A stretch of 64,000 bases of DNA from Candidatus Latescibacterota bacterium (GCA_965226795.1 CBDDDZ010000005.1:1344001-1408000); one strand, 5' to 3'; counted from the stretch's first letter, positions 52,201 through 61,371 are shown. Numbers and translations are program-made. The notes: generated from the letters alone by a model not told the origin.

Positions 52201-52500
52201 GGCTCGATAAACCATCAGCGTACCGGTATCCGTGTCGAGCAGGCGGGTGACCGTCTGCGTGAACTGGCGCCGTTGTCGAAAGAGAGGCTGAAGGGCAGTG
52301 GAACTTGAGAAGGTTAGCTTGACTGGAGAGCGATGGAAGACGTGTGCGGGTGCCTTCCCGAAAGAGAGTTGAATACCCGGTTCGGCGCGGAGCGTGTCCG
52401 AGTCGGCCAGAAGACACGCGATGAGAATGCAAGCGAGGACCTTGGGCAGCGGGAGGGTCAATCCCCGTGGTGAATCTTTGAGGATGTATGGGGTCTGCAT
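46276..52500 (-). CDS. sprA: SprA-like large outer-membrane translocon (type IX secretion Sov/SprA family), 2074 aa
   Basis: Signal peptide; NVQGTIGDR, YDGDEDDIIQEIEAG, GLFGIK, AYIDDFEG, LHIDLGEISE, EDIGLDG, DSEDLN, WRLLRIPL, EIWLDELRV; beta-strand-rich C-terminal half. Confidence 0.85.
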   Translation of the reverse strand: MQTPYILKDSPRGLTLPLPKVLACILIACLLADSDTLRAEPGIQLSFGKAPAHVFHRSPVKLTFSSSTALQPLFRQRRQFTQTVTRLLDTDTGTLMVYRATGDVVHGIPAVITLKGLSAYKFDADFNGVATEKLSLPAKERRGTGSALVDIKIPVKVPKALSVITGEGDTNIKITGSRRIDLSGVNTTVGGQAQTVRARAADGFTVNFEQESQLNVQGTIGDRITLNLQQDSRGQTDISESLQFRYDGDEDDIIQEIEAGRTSLSLPGTRLVGFSSSNRSGLFGIKGRGRLGGLDVTVVTSHDRGASNRKSFQGQAEEIAHRIRDYDYEENLYFFLDHVYRQSFPDEPTRPDLVDIGSVRVFRNDFNDRNDIEERAGRGVAFAFWTAGPVPEPDASDNGAQSGGIEEGFFHEMDRSEFLVDARGYLILTRGPVPRGQSLAVAYRTADGRVFGDLNFIQDPSNPDARIRLKLIHARQQRPEFPTWDLAWRNVYYLGSRDIEPEGFELEILRDVPGQEAVDNQRGTPYLQIFALDKHTNGSSESSPPDNLIDIDGGTNLPGLNLRTGHLVFLDLEPFGERGVGAEALSDDARVPEIYNTTNNTTRAQKGQYFLRIRSKSRATKFNLGFGLIENSEEVLLNNRRLTRGRDYNIDYQFGSIELVGEAADLAADPSANLVINYGSKSQFGFGGGQKSLIGIRAEHPFKDNVSMVGVSLLYGSESATNQRVRVGEEPARSLIWDMNGRFRFKPQIFTDFANKLPFISTQAPSAFNVDMEIAQSLPNPNTKNVAYIDDFEGAESRKSFSTFKFVWSTGSSPTRNGLQLSMPRGRLTWYNLVDRDRISVYDIQPGRDDIPVESSIVDDVLSIRFEPKRTNGFPETSRNTAGGLPQNSWAGLTSCLFGMDFSRSKFIELWIRGNSGRLHIDLGEISERASLVLDHATFNPPPPGQFRTEDRPLPGFPTGDDVAIPEEDIGLDGLTDAQEDSVFRLIYPGVTVPDDPSDDNFKDVDLNQENLRFRYPSGVNGTQNNNPEREQRPDSEDLNQNGILDNRNHYLRYSVDLASDRGWNAFTGEYDGASALVVGSRSDPSDRPWRLLRIPLRGNNAPRTVEGNPDTTFAGVFDFARIWIEHDDTTSLDIYTFAAVGSDWLEEEPPEGQQSGEFRVATIGTDNQVYELPPGIERETDPQTGRQHLERSLVLRFEDLSPGESVSASRTLTEGQNYTRYGLMTMFVHGGNPTQPTYEANFPAGPDSTAGNFSPIELFVRFSPISEDTLNFYEYRKPIYRGWSPETNTFKIELDVLSQIKGKLTDLKAIGQASDTLRLSLPTEEIIADFDSQANQIRADLDGATYTVRGNPALSKIKSFVIGVRNMGEFPLEGENEIWLDELRVDRIRKKNAVSMLLNVQTTLADLGNMSLNLERRSGDFQDLQGRSTGNSTTQVSLGGSFNLNKFLPDRWNTVVPVRFNYLRNGTVPRIRQGSDIVLTDQQKSREKANRASSRFNVSLRKRRATKDSRWIARLFFDRINASLNFLTNNSVSGAITRRRSNNEQNFNGSFSYDVSWPKQKGLKILNWIPRAGSLFQEVQFFYLPSTLRYNLRFDRKSINRRSFSAVEGDTSDVIAVLNETFRLNESFVVKLTPFRSLNANYSLAANRDLRSSFDFARLQFGRETTRSQEVGFNFTPRVSKWLNINTDYSSRYRERLETGGQRTSIGNERRGLTVGNNSRVGARFSLNLPGLFRPLASPSKEQAGFSVIRLIGRLGGALDAAQVNAFRNRAFNLFGLRRRPAFKFQLGLTDTTMSPRYGSGGVTRVNTRNISDNAEIKGGVRLPAGFRGSTNLTFNHTRSFGNANTEEQKLVFPNLSATWRGLGELPVFRWIFTSSNLTFNYKSNRIFRGDGGLEDNVLTNDTRRTEFQPLIRWQARWKNQMTTNFSTNRSRQNDLRYQRNVATDSTVTQPTLEERLIGTTITEQSQFTASLRYSLSSKFFTKLQSNLDLTLEYGTNTSLKKEIPRSTEATETDQAVVRQSVDRWHTSLAGQYQFSSKFTGGTRFRHENRKDKLRDLNNRVWEFRVWGEIRFN

Positions 52501-52784
52501 GCGTGAATTGGAATGTCGTATTCGGGGACGGGCCTACGCCTAGAGGTTGAGAGTTAGATTAATAATACCGAACCCTGTGTTAAAGATCAAGGGAAAACCG
52601 GAACCGGATGATCCACAAATAAAACAAACAGAAACAGTGAGTTAGGAAGAAGAATCCACATCCCGGATACTGTGGAGGGTTGAGAAAGGGCTTCCGTCGA
52701 AAAAAAAATCCCGTATATTCTGGCGTCTTCCGGTGCCAGTATCTTTAACTCTTTTGAAAACACGCGGTTCCACGGAGACTTGGC

Positions 52785-54083
52785 ATGGTGCTGTCCAGAT
52801 ATGTGCTCAAAGAGCATGTCGCGCCGTTTGTGTTCGGCTTCTCCGTCATCATGTTTCTTCTGGTAGTCGACCTGATTCTGCAGAAGATGGATCTAATGCT
52901 GGGTAAGGGAATTGCGCCGGGTGTTGTTCTGGAGCTGTTTCTGTTGAATACCGCGTGGATGATTGCCCTGGCAGTCCCAATGGCGGTACTCGTTGCCACA
53001 CTTATGGCCTTCGGACGACTGAGCGCCGATGGTGAGATTTCTGCCATGCAGGCGCTTGGCATCGGGGCCTTCCGCGTGATCTTGCCCGTTTTATTGGCTG
53101 GCATCACGCTGACACTCGGGCTGGTTATCTTCAATGACCGGGTTTTGCCGGAATTCAACTATCGGGCCCGGTTGCTGATGGGAGACATTCAGCGAAAGCG
53201 CCCCGCAGTCGCCCTGGAGGATCGGAGCGGTGTTTTTATTCAGGATTTCGCCAACTACAGGATTCTGATAGGTGATATCGACAGGCGGACTTCGATTCTC
53301 AGGGATGTCCTGATTTATAAATACGAACCGGGTGGGTATCCGGTATCCATAGCCGCCGAAACCGGCCGGATTCGAATTGATGCGGAAAGTGACGAAGCGC
53401 TGGTGACGCTGGAGAACGGAGAGTGGCATCGGGTGGATAAGACAGACCCGGATGTATACATAAAAGCCCGTTTCAAAAAAAAGAACCTGCGCCTTGGAGA
53501 AGCCGGCCGGCAGTTGATACGCACCATGTCGCACTACCGGACGGACAGAGAGATGGGACTGGACGTGATGATGGACCGGGTGAACGCTTATCAGCGGGAA
53601 GCGGCTGCCCTACAGGCCCAATCCGCTGACAGCGCAGGTGCCGCACTTAGACGTCTGCTTTTTGAGCCCGACACGGAACGCCGGTCCTTCCGTATGTTCG
53701 CGGATCTGGCCATGCAATTCCGAACCGACACCGAAATTCGACATCACAAACTCCGGCAGGCGGACCGTTACCGGGTTGAGATCCACAAAAAGCTCTCGAT
53801 TCCTGTTGCATGTATTGTCTTCATATTAATCGGCGCGCCGCTCGGCATCCGAGTGCGCGGGAGCAGCCCCGCTGTCGGGGCGGGAATCAGCATTGGGTTT
53901 TTTCTTCTGTGGTGGCTCTGTCTGGTCAGCGGGGAGACGCTGGCCGATCGCGGATACGTGCCGCCGTGGGTTGCCATGTGGAGCCCCAACTTTATCGTTC
54001 TCTCATGCGGCTCGTGGCTGGTATTCGGCACCCTGCTCGAGTGGCATTTCGGTCTGAGGAGGAGGAGTCCGTGCGTATCTTGA
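52785..54083 (+). CDS. lptF: LPS export permease, LptF/LptG family
   Basis: LSRYVLKE, PMAVLVATLMAFGRLSADGEI.AM.A.G, EIHKK.SIPVAC. Confidence 0.88.
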   Translation: MVLSRYVLKEHVAPFVFGFSVIMFLLVVDLILQKMDLMLGKGIAPGVVLELFLLNTAWMIALAVPMAVLVATLMAFGRLSADGEISAMQALGIGAFRVILPVLLAGITLTLGLVIFNDRVLPEFNYRARLLMGDIQRKRPAVALEDRSGVFIQDFANYRILIGDIDRRTSILRDVLIYKYEPGGYPVSIAAETGRIRIDAESDEALVTLENGEWHRVDKTDPDVYIKARFKKKNLRLGEAGRQLIRTMSHYRTDREMGLDVMMDRVNAYQREAAALQAQSADSAGAALRRLLFEPDTERRSFRMFADLAMQFRTDTEIRHHKLRQADRYRVEIHKKLSIPVACIVFILIGAPLGIRVRGSSPAVGAGISIGFFLLWWLCLVSGETLADRGYVPPWVAMWSPNFIVLSCGSWLVFGTLLEWHFGLRRRSPCVS

Positions 54084-55141
54084 GTCGATACGTACAGAAA
54101 CAGTTCTTGGAATACCTGGGGCTGTGTTTTTCAGGATTCTTGGCCGTTTTTGTCGTTGTGGACCTGGCTGGCCGACTCAGTGGCTTCATAGACAGGGGGG
54201 TGGGTGGTGGCACCATTTTCTCGTATTACACGCTCTCCATTCCCTATATGGGAATTCTGATTTTGCCCATGGCGATGTTGTTGGCCAGTCTTTTCTGTTT
54301 CGGCAACCTCGCACGCTTCGGCGAGCTTTCCGCAATGAAGTCCGCGGGAATCTCGCTAAACAGTATTGCGGCACCGGTTCTGGCAGCCGCTTTCCTGGTC
54401 TGTGCGGCATCGTTCTTCCTGACTGACCGGGTGATGCCGGGCGCAAACCGGAAACGTGCGGCTGTTGTCCAGGGCAAACGTCGAGCCGTCTTTGTACCGA
54501 TAGTGTCGCAGGTCGTCCTGCAGGACGTAAACGGGCAGATTCTCTCGGTAGGAACTTACTTCCGCAATGAAGAGCGTGGGACGCAGGTCACGCTGGACAG
54601 ATATGAAGGAATGCGTCTGGTTGAGAAATTGCGCGCTGAGGAGATGGAGTGGCAGGCCGGGAGATGGACGTTACGCAGGGGAGAAGTGCGGAGGTTTTCA
54701 ACGGACGGAGGAGAACTGGTGATCAAGTTTACGGCGATGCCTGCGCGAAGTATCACATTGAGGCCTGAAGATCTGGGCCGGGAGGTTCGCTCTGCGGATG
54801 AGATGAGTTTTTCCGAACTCACTGCGCTTATTGTGCGGAAGAAGCGAATGGGGGATGACGTTGTACGGGTGCAGGTCGCGCGTTACATGCGCCTTTCGTT
54901 TCCGTTTACCGGGTGCGTGATGGTGTTATTTGGCATTTGTCTTTCATCCCGAACCCAACGGGCGGACAAGCCTCTTCTCGTGGGTATCTGTCTGTTGATA
55001 TCGTTTGTGTATTATGGGTGCATTCAGGCAGGGCGGGTGTTGGGCTGGAACGGCATACTGCCACCATTTTGGAGCGCCTGGACGGCTAATATCCTGTTTT
55101 TTTGTCTGGGCGTCGGCTTGCTGGCCCGAACCCGGAGGTAG
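54071..55141 (+). CDS. lptG: LPS export permease, LptF/LptG family
   Basis: GTG start (MRILSRY) after AGGAGGAG; LPMAMLLA, GELSAMKSAGIS, EMSFSEL, AW.ANILF. Confidence 0.88.
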   Translation: MRILSRYVQKQFLEYLGLCFSGFLAVFVVVDLAGRLSGFIDRGVGGGTIFSYYTLSIPYMGILILPMAMLLASLFCFGNLARFGELSAMKSAGISLNSIAAPVLAAAFLVCAASFFLTDRVMPGANRKRAAVVQGKRRAVFVPIVSQVVLQDVNGQILSVGTYFRNEERGTQVTLDRYEGMRLVEKLRAEEMEWQAGRWTLRRGEVRRFSTDGGELVIKFTAMPARSITLRPEDLGREVRSADEMSFSELTALIVRKKRMGDDVVRVQVARYMRLSFPFTGCVMVLFGICLSSRTQRADKPLLVGICLLISFVYYGCIQAGRVLGWNGILPPFWSAWTANILFFCLGVGLLARTRR

Positions 55142-55220
55142 AGGATTCAAGTCACTGGACACACAAATACAAAAGGCGCATTGTCGATGCGCCCTTTCCC
55201 AGGATTTCTGTTTGAAATCC

Positions 55221-56198
55221 TCATTGGAAACCGGAGAGACGATTTCGCCGGCTTTTTTGATTGTGAATGAATTTGCGAGGATTTACCGTAAGTTCTTTCT
55301 TCCCACTCTTCTTCGTCACGGAATAATGCAGATGCGGCGCCGTCGCACGTCCGGATCTGCCCATTCTGCCGATCACCTGCCCGCGTTTGACGATCTGCCC
55401 CTCCTGGAGCGATGGTTTCTTCAACAAATGGGCGTATAGTGTCCGGTAGTGCGGGGCGTGGTCGATGGATATAAACCACCCAAGGTGCCTGTCTTTGCCT
55501 ACAGATTCCACCCGACCATTGGCGGTGGCGAGAATTCGCGTGCCGGATCGCCCCGCGATGTCTATGCCTCTATGAAACTGCCTTTCGCCGGAAAAGGGAT
55601 TGGTTCGAGAGCCGAAGCCTGAAGAAATCCAGCAACCGGACTGAGGTGGTACCGGAAGTATGGAAGGCGTATGCAGACGGGTGATTTCGTTCTGGTCGAG
55701 GATGGAGGCAATTTGCTCGAAACTGGCTTCCAGAAAACGGGCCTCTCGCAAGAGTTGGTCCACGTCGGTATATGCTCTTGAAAGCCGCTTGCCGATGTCG
55801 TGAGTCACCCGGCCTTCCCATTCCGGCTCACCAGTATAATATCCGCCAACGCCCATTTTCCGCACGTCATCTCCCGGTTCGGCCAGATTGACCCAGGTTC
55901 GGAACAGACGGTCCATTTCTGTAAGGTCGTTTACGTTTCCCCGCAATCCTTCCACTTTTTGCTGCAGCCGGCTGACCTGGTGTTTGAGTACGGAATTTTC
56001 AGACGTCAGTGCCAGAAGTTTCGTCTCCTGATGCCGGTTTACAAAATACCCCAATGCGTAAAAGACGACAGCGAGGGTAAGGCACCCTAACAGCAACGCG
56101 GCCCCAAGCCCCCAAACGGTGGGGCGAGAGGCCCTGACTTGGCGCATCTGATCTCTATTGTTGGGTATGACCATTAGCGTCAGGTTTCTCTTCCACAT
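55221..56198 (-). CDS. M23 family metallopeptidase with membrane anchor and coiled coil
   Basis: TPSI.P, ISSGFG.R.NP, HRGID (HxxxD), YAHL, PHLHY. Confidence 0.92.
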   Translation of the reverse strand: MWKRNLTLMVIPNNRDQMRQVRASRPTVWGLGAALLLGCLTLAVVFYALGYFVNRHQETKLLALTSENSVLKHQVSRLQQKVEGLRGNVNDLTEMDRLFRTWVNLAEPGDDVRKMGVGGYYTGEPEWEGRVTHDIGKRLSRAYTDVDQLLREARFLEASFEQIASILDQNEITRLHTPSILPVPPQSGCWISSGFGSRTNPFSGERQFHRGIDIAGRSGTRILATANGRVESVGKDRHLGWFISIDHAPHYRTLYAHLLKKPSLQEGQIVKRGQVIGRMGRSGRATAPHLHYSVTKKSGKKELTVNPRKFIHNQKSRRNRLSGFQ

Positions 56199-56534
56199 GG
56201 ACGGCGCCTTTCGTCAGTGGTTTGTACTGTTAAGAATCGACTGCTTCTGGCCATTAGCCGGCCAGCCCCAAATTAAGGACTTTTCCGAGTTTATGTCAAG
56301 GCAAAACTGGACAGATCTGAATCAGATGCAACACCAGCACCCGTGATTGCATGTACGAATCGAGGATGCCATTGGCAGCTTTGGAGCGGTCGAACTCCAG
56401 TAACGTCATACGGATCTTGTGTCTTCTCTACCCCTGGATAGGGATACGCACGTCGGCGACGTCAAGTGCAGAGTTCGATCCGCAACACGAAAAACCGACC
56501 GGCAGGCGGATATCAGCCAGCGCCGTGTTCTTCG

Positions 56535-57884
56535 CTACGCTGACTTGATGTGGTCGATTACCTCGGCCTTAAGCGCTTCTCTGAGCTGGGGGTGATCGAC
56601 GCAGAAGACACGTACGACCTTGGCCTGCGTTTCGAAATTTCCGATCAAATACTCCTTGAGCATGGAGACTTCCGGGTCATCGAACCGGAGAGGGTCGGCC
56701 TTGTCGACCGGAATGTGGGACCCAAAGTAGACATTCAGGTTAACTTCGGGGCTTTTTCCAAGGCGTGGAATATCGATCAGAATGTCGTCGCCGTTAAGTT
56801 TGAGCCCGGTCTTTGCACCAAATGTCTCGCACAACTCGATTTCGAGTTTCCGCCGGTCGGCCGGATGGTAATATAGCCTTTCAAGTTTGACGGTCAGGCC
56901 CTTTTCTCTCTCGTGAGGGAAGAAGATCCGCGCGACCTTGTGGAGTTTGCGGCGTTTCAGGCGCCCTATCATGCTGTTTCGTCGATCGATGCCCAACCGA
57001 TCCATTTCCAATTCCAGGCGATGAATAAGGTCGGCTTCCGTCGCCCGGTTGAAGTCGGCTTCTCCGAGACTGGAAGCGGGGTGGTGTAGCAGATCCTGGA
57101 CGCCACGCTTTAACATTGCGTTGGCCGACCGGACGGCATGGTGCCAATAGACGTTGCGATACATCAGATAACTGGTGAAAATGAGGGCTTCCACCGCAGA
57201 GACACCCTTGTAGGTGATTGCTGGCCGCTGTCCGTCCGGATCGCACGTGATCGATCCCAACAGGCGGTCCCGGTTGACAGATTCGCCAAAAGGCACTCCG
57301 CAATAGCGCGCATCTCTCAGAAGGTAGTCGATTTTGTCCGGGTCCAGTGTACCGCTCAGAATGTGCGCCAGGCGCAGGTCTTCATCAGGGATGGCCACGT
57401 TCCTGTTGCGATAGTCGATCACGTTGGCCACCCGAAGAGGGTCAGTTTCTGACCGTGCCAGGGCGCCGTTGACTTCCGTAGAGGGGTCCAGGATGATCTG
57501 TCTGCCCCGTTCCTCGTGGTCGGTGAAAAACATCTGCATTTCTTCGAGTACATGGCAGAATGGGTAGTGGCCGATGTCGTGCAGCAGGCTGGCCGCCAGC
57601 AGTACGCGTGCGTCTTCGATCGTGATGTCCAGCGGCGGGTCGGCCTGGAGGAGCTGGCGAAGAAACTGCCCGGAAATGTGAAAGACTCCCAAAGAGTGTT
57701 CAAAACGGGAATGGCGCGCGCCGGGATACACCAGAAGCACGTGGCCTAGCTGGGAGATATCACGCAGGCGTTGGAATTCCTCCGCGTCAACCAGCGGAAC
57801 CAGGTAATGGGGAATATGGATATGTCCCCAAATTGGATCCCGGATGGCCTTGCCCGTATCCAGAAACCGCAGGTCGATATGCAT
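56535..57884 (-). CDS. HD-domain phosphohydrolase (dNTP triphosphohydrolase/SAMHD1-like)
   Basis: IRDPIWG, FQRLR.I.QLG, HSRFEHSLG, LLHDIGHYPF.H, D.DKIDYL.RD, MYRNVYWH. Confidence 0.92.
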   Translation of the reverse strand: MHIDLRFLDTGKAIRDPIWGHIHIPHYLVPLVDAEEFQRLRDISQLGHVLLVYPGARHSRFEHSLGVFHISGQFLRQLLQADPPLDITIEDARVLLAASLLHDIGHYPFCHVLEEMQMFFTDHEERGRQIILDPSTEVNGALARSETDPLRVANVIDYRNRNVAIPDEDLRLAHILSGTLDPDKIDYLLRDARYCGVPFGESVNRDRLLGSITCDPDGQRPAITYKGVSAVEALIFTSYLMYRNVYWHHAVRSANAMLKRGVQDLLHHPASSLGEADFNRATEADLIHRLELEMDRLGIDRRNSMIGRLKRRKLHKVARIFFPHEREKGLTVKLERLYYHPADRRKLEIELCETFGAKTGLKLNGDDILIDIPRLGKSPEVNLNVYFGSHIPVDKADPLRFDDPEVSMLKEYLIGNFETQAKVVRVFCVDHPQLREALKAEVIDHIKSA

Positions 57885-58355
57885 AGAAAAAGCTCGGAAG
57901 GAGGCCGTTCAGTGGAAGGAGAACAGTTTTTCGCGATGCAGGCGGAAGCGTTTCTGCTTACCTTGTCTCGACCGTCCCGGCACCGACAATCTGGTGGCGT
58001 CTTTCTTGCTGAAAGAGATATTTTTTGGGCATGGATGAATGATGAGTTCTGGGATATGCAATTGGAAATAAACCCCGTGGCGGCGTTATTGAAACCTGCC
58101 GAGAAACACCGGCATAATGCCGGTGAGGAAAACGTTTCTTTCGTGTTCGGATTCTCCGAAATATCGGTATCGTGGGTTCGGATGTCAAGGCTCATGCCGG
58201 GAACGATTTCGAGCCTGGCATGGGCTTCCGAATCGCAAGACGGCACGAGCCGAAGGACAAGGGCAGGGGTGAACGCGTACTGACGTTGTCGCAACCCACC
58301 GGCAACACCGAACCCGAACTTTCCGGATGCAGACCGCGTTTCCGAGAGGCTGCCA

Positions 58356-59072
58356 ATGTGTTATTTAAAGGCGTGGTGGGATAGCCCGCTACGTCAGAGG
58401 CGTGTTGCGGTGATAGCTGAAATGTCAAGCGTGCTCGACGGAACGTTCGGCGGCGCAGCCCGGGACCGCAAACGTGTCCGGCCGGATGGTCTCGATGCGC
58501 TGATGCGGACCATCCTGTCACAGAATACGAATGACGAAAACAGAGACAGGGCTTATGACAGGATGCGCGCCCGATTTCCCGATTGGAGCGACGTGATTGC
58601 CGCAGACGCGGAGCACCTGAAGGAAGCTATCCGCGTGGCAGGGTTGGCGAATACGAAAGCCCCGAATATGCAGGCGTTCTTGCGTTGGTTGAAGCGCGAG
58701 CGGGGTAACTTGAACCTGGATTTCCTGCGGGATCTATCGAATCAGGCCGCGGTGGCCCTGTTGACCGAGCATCGAGGAATCGGGGTCAAAACGGCTTATA
58801 TCCTGCTGGCCTTTGCTTTTGATCGCGATCTGTGCGCAGTGGATACGCATGTGTATCGCATCCTGCGTCGGGTGGGCATTGTTTCAGAGCGATGCAGCCG
58901 AGAGAAAGCACACCTGGAACTCGCGCCTCTGATTCCAGGGGGCCAGGCCAGGGCCTTTCATATGAACTCGGTTGATTTTGGCAAGACCGTGTGCACGGCC
59001 AGGAATCCGTCCTGCGGCGTCTGTCCGATTTCCCATCTGTGCAGATACTATCACGAAACACAAGGCGGGTGA
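58356..59072 (+). CDS. nth: Endonuclease III-like HhH-GPD glycosylase (start uncertain, may be downstream)
   Basis: ILSQNTND, GIGVKTA (HhH Lys), VDTHV (Asp), CTARNPSCGVCPISHLC 4Fe-4S motif. Confidence 0.88.
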   Translation: MCYLKAWWDSPLRQRRVAVIAEMSSVLDGTFGGAARDRKRVRPDGLDALMRTILSQNTNDENRDRAYDRMRARFPDWSDVIAADAEHLKEAIRVAGLANTKAPNMQAFLRWLKRERGNLNLDFLRDLSNQAAVALLTEHRGIGVKTAYILLAFAFDRDLCAVDTHVYRILRRVGIVSERCSREKAHLELAPLIPGGQARAFHMNSVDFGKTVCTARNPSCGVCPISHLCRYYHETQGG

Positions 59073-59143
59073 GTTTGTATGGGAACCGGCCCGGATATTG
59101 TGGCCGGCATCCGGCTTCTCTGGTAGGGGCCGGCAGGTTCGTG

Positions 59144-60220
59144 TCAGTCGATTCTGATTCGCTGAAGATCGTACGAATTGACATTGTAGGGTTCGAAGGT
59201 ATCCTCGTCGCCGGGCGTATACACGGCAACATAAAGGTATTGATTGTTGTTGTCTATTGTGATGCCACGTTCCTTAAGGTTTCCGGCCGCAAGGAAATAG
59301 TTCTTCTCCAGCTTGGTTTGAGTATCGAATTCAACGATGAAAACACCCGCTTCATCAGCGTCTGTAGGCGCAACGAACAAACGACGCCCGTCCTGGCTCA
59401 GCGCAAGCCCCAGAGCAGGAGACTTGATTTCATATTTCCCCGTAAGCGTCAGATTGTCGGCACTGAATGCCCAGAGATCCTTTACGTGGCCACGGTCCTC
59501 AGGATCCGCCAGACCCAGGTAGAGGTGGTTGTTGAGAGGGCCCATTACAAAATCGTTGATCCTGGCTGAGAAACTGAAACGGGTCGAAGTGGTCTCTGTC
59601 GTTGGGAATTGACCTGAGGCGTCGTATTTCAGGATGTTGTTCCTGGCGGCAACAAAAAGCTTACGCTCGCCGTGATTCATCAGAAGTGCGCCGGATCGCA
59701 CGTTACCGCTGGTTTCGAGGTTGTCCACAATCGATACGGCAATCAGAAGCGGTTCGTCCAGCGAGGATACATAGACAATTGAGTCGGTTCCGCAGGCGAT
59801 GTGGGATATGTCATTCAGTGAGAAAGGAACCGTTTTCACAATGGCGAACGTGCTCAGATCGATTATTCTCAGGTTCGATTCGCCGTTCAATCCCACCACC
59901 AGGTGGCGTTGGTCCGGTGTGATGTCAAGGTCGATGGGGTGGGAACCCACATGGAGATTCCCTTCGACGACCATCTGCTTGCCAAGGTGGATGCGGAGAA
60001 TCCTGTTGTTCCCGTAGTCGGCCAGATAGAGAAATGGCTGGTGCGGATCCATTACCATATCCGAGATATTTACGCCGAGTTTCAGGATTTCGAAATCTTC
60101 GAATTCGTAGAAATGTTCCGGCTCTTCGTCGTCCAGATAAAGCGAGCAGCCCGACACACAAAGGAACATGCACAGTACAAGAAAAATGAACCGGCCGTGT
60201 GTTTTTCCGGTATGGCGCAT
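59144..60220 (-). CDS. YncE-like beta-propeller lipoprotein
   Basis: Lipobox VSGC; repeated blades (LYLAD...N.I..I, VGSHP..LDITPD, LALSQDGRRLFV, ITIDNNNQYLYV). Confidence 0.8.
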   Translation of the reverse strand: MRHTGKTHGRFIFLVLCMFLCVSGCSLYLDDEEPEHFYEFEDFEILKLGVNISDMVMDPHQPFLYLADYGNNRILRIHLGKQMVVEGNLHVGSHPIDLDITPDQRHLVVGLNGESNLRIIDLSTFAIVKTVPFSLNDISHIACGTDSIVYVSSLDEPLLIAVSIVDNLETSGNVRSGALLMNHGERKLFVAARNNILKYDASGQFPTTETTSTRFSFSARINDFVMGPLNNHLYLGLADPEDRGHVKDLWAFSADNLTLTGKYEIKSPALGLALSQDGRRLFVAPTDADEAGVFIVEFDTQTKLEKNYFLAAGNLKERGITIDNNNQYLYVAVYTPGDEDTFEPYNVNSYDLQRIRID

Positions 60221-60230
60221 GCCGGATCGC

Positions 60231-61202
60231 CTAAAGCGAGAAGACGTATGATGTGCTCAGCTCAATCAGATAGTCCGATGTCAGCTGGCTCTCGTTCACG
60301 TTTTGAATTACGACAATAGGCACACGGAATTCAACGCTGAGATTGTCCAGGATATTGACCCCCAATTCAGGTGAAAGATACAACCACTTCCCTCCCCGTT
60401 CTCTTGTAATCTGACCGAACTGGTAACGGTCCCGTGACGTAATCAGGTTTTTCAGACTCAGCCCGCCATAGAACGAGCCTTCCCCGGTGTACGCTACGGA
60501 GAGTGTGGTGTGCAGTTCGTTTCCGTATTTGTAGCCGTAAATGTTCTGTCTCGTGGTGATGCGGGTGAAGACACCGGCAGAGACGGTAAGGCTTTCAATA
60601 CGATGGAACATACCGATCGCGAAAATCGGGTCCACGCTTCCCGACCCGATCTGCAGATTGTCAGAGAAACGCTCGCCGTATTGATCTCTGGCATTTACGG
60701 ATCCGTTTGCCAGCTTCAATCCGATGCCGAGATTAAGACCGGAAAAGCCCGCTGCGAGCGGTACCGCGTAATTCAACATAGCCACTATATCGCCCAGTCC
60801 CGAGGCATGCCGAACATACTTTCCACCCTCATACTGGTTGTCGTTCTGTCCGCGCAACAGTACCTTTTCGTTGGCTACGGAACGGAAGGGCAGGGCGAGC
60901 GTCAGGCCGAAGCGTTCGGTAATGTCGTGCGAGGCAAATACGGTGGTCGTGGCATTATCCGTCCGTTCGCGATTGACGTTGGGTATGGCGCGGGAACCGT
61001 AGTGGGGGTCAGACAGGAATTCGTAGTCGTAGTGTACGCTGAGCGTCAGTTGATCCTTAACGGCCAGACTATTCTTCATCAGGCTCCCGCCCGGGAGTAC
61101 GGGGCGCCGTCAGCTGACGCCGCCTTGAGCATGGGCGGCGGGGGCCGTGACTATCTGCACTATAAGGAACAGGAAGAGACACCGGGCTGAGAACGGTCGC
61201 AT
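60231..61202 (-). CDS. Outer-membrane beta-barrel (Phenol_MetA_deg-like transporter), candidate selenoprotein with UGA at codon 31
   Basis: The ORF track starts at 61079 with no signal peptide. An in-frame ATG at 61202 (GAGGT RBS) gives MRPFSARCLFLFLIVQIVTAPAAHA-QGGVS-TGA(61112-61110)-RRPVLPGGSL-MKNS; body has SGLGDI, GLKL.NG, QIGSGS.D, YKYGN and a terminal aromatic beta-strand. Confidence 0.72.
61084..61097 (-). promoter_or_regulatory. Candidate bacterial SECIS element of the outer-membrane gene
   Basis: CUCCC-GGGC-GGGAG hairpin; stem starts at +13 and loop at +18 after UGA; loop begins with G. Confidence 0.6.
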
Positions 61203-61371
61203 GCGGGGTTACCTCAATCCGTAGGATATGGTCGTGAGGCGAGAGTCCGGATTTCTAGCGTTGAAATATACCTCACATGCGTCTGGATAGCAAGACGGAT
61301 TTTGTTTCGTGAGACTACATAGAGCCCAAATTTACAGATCTTTACATAACCCGCCGCCAAGCCGTTTTTTC

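Noticed and set aside
57885..58355. 470-nt gap between the HD hydrolase and nth containing several short ORFs
   Set aside because: No motif or consistent start signal; treated as a divergent promoter region
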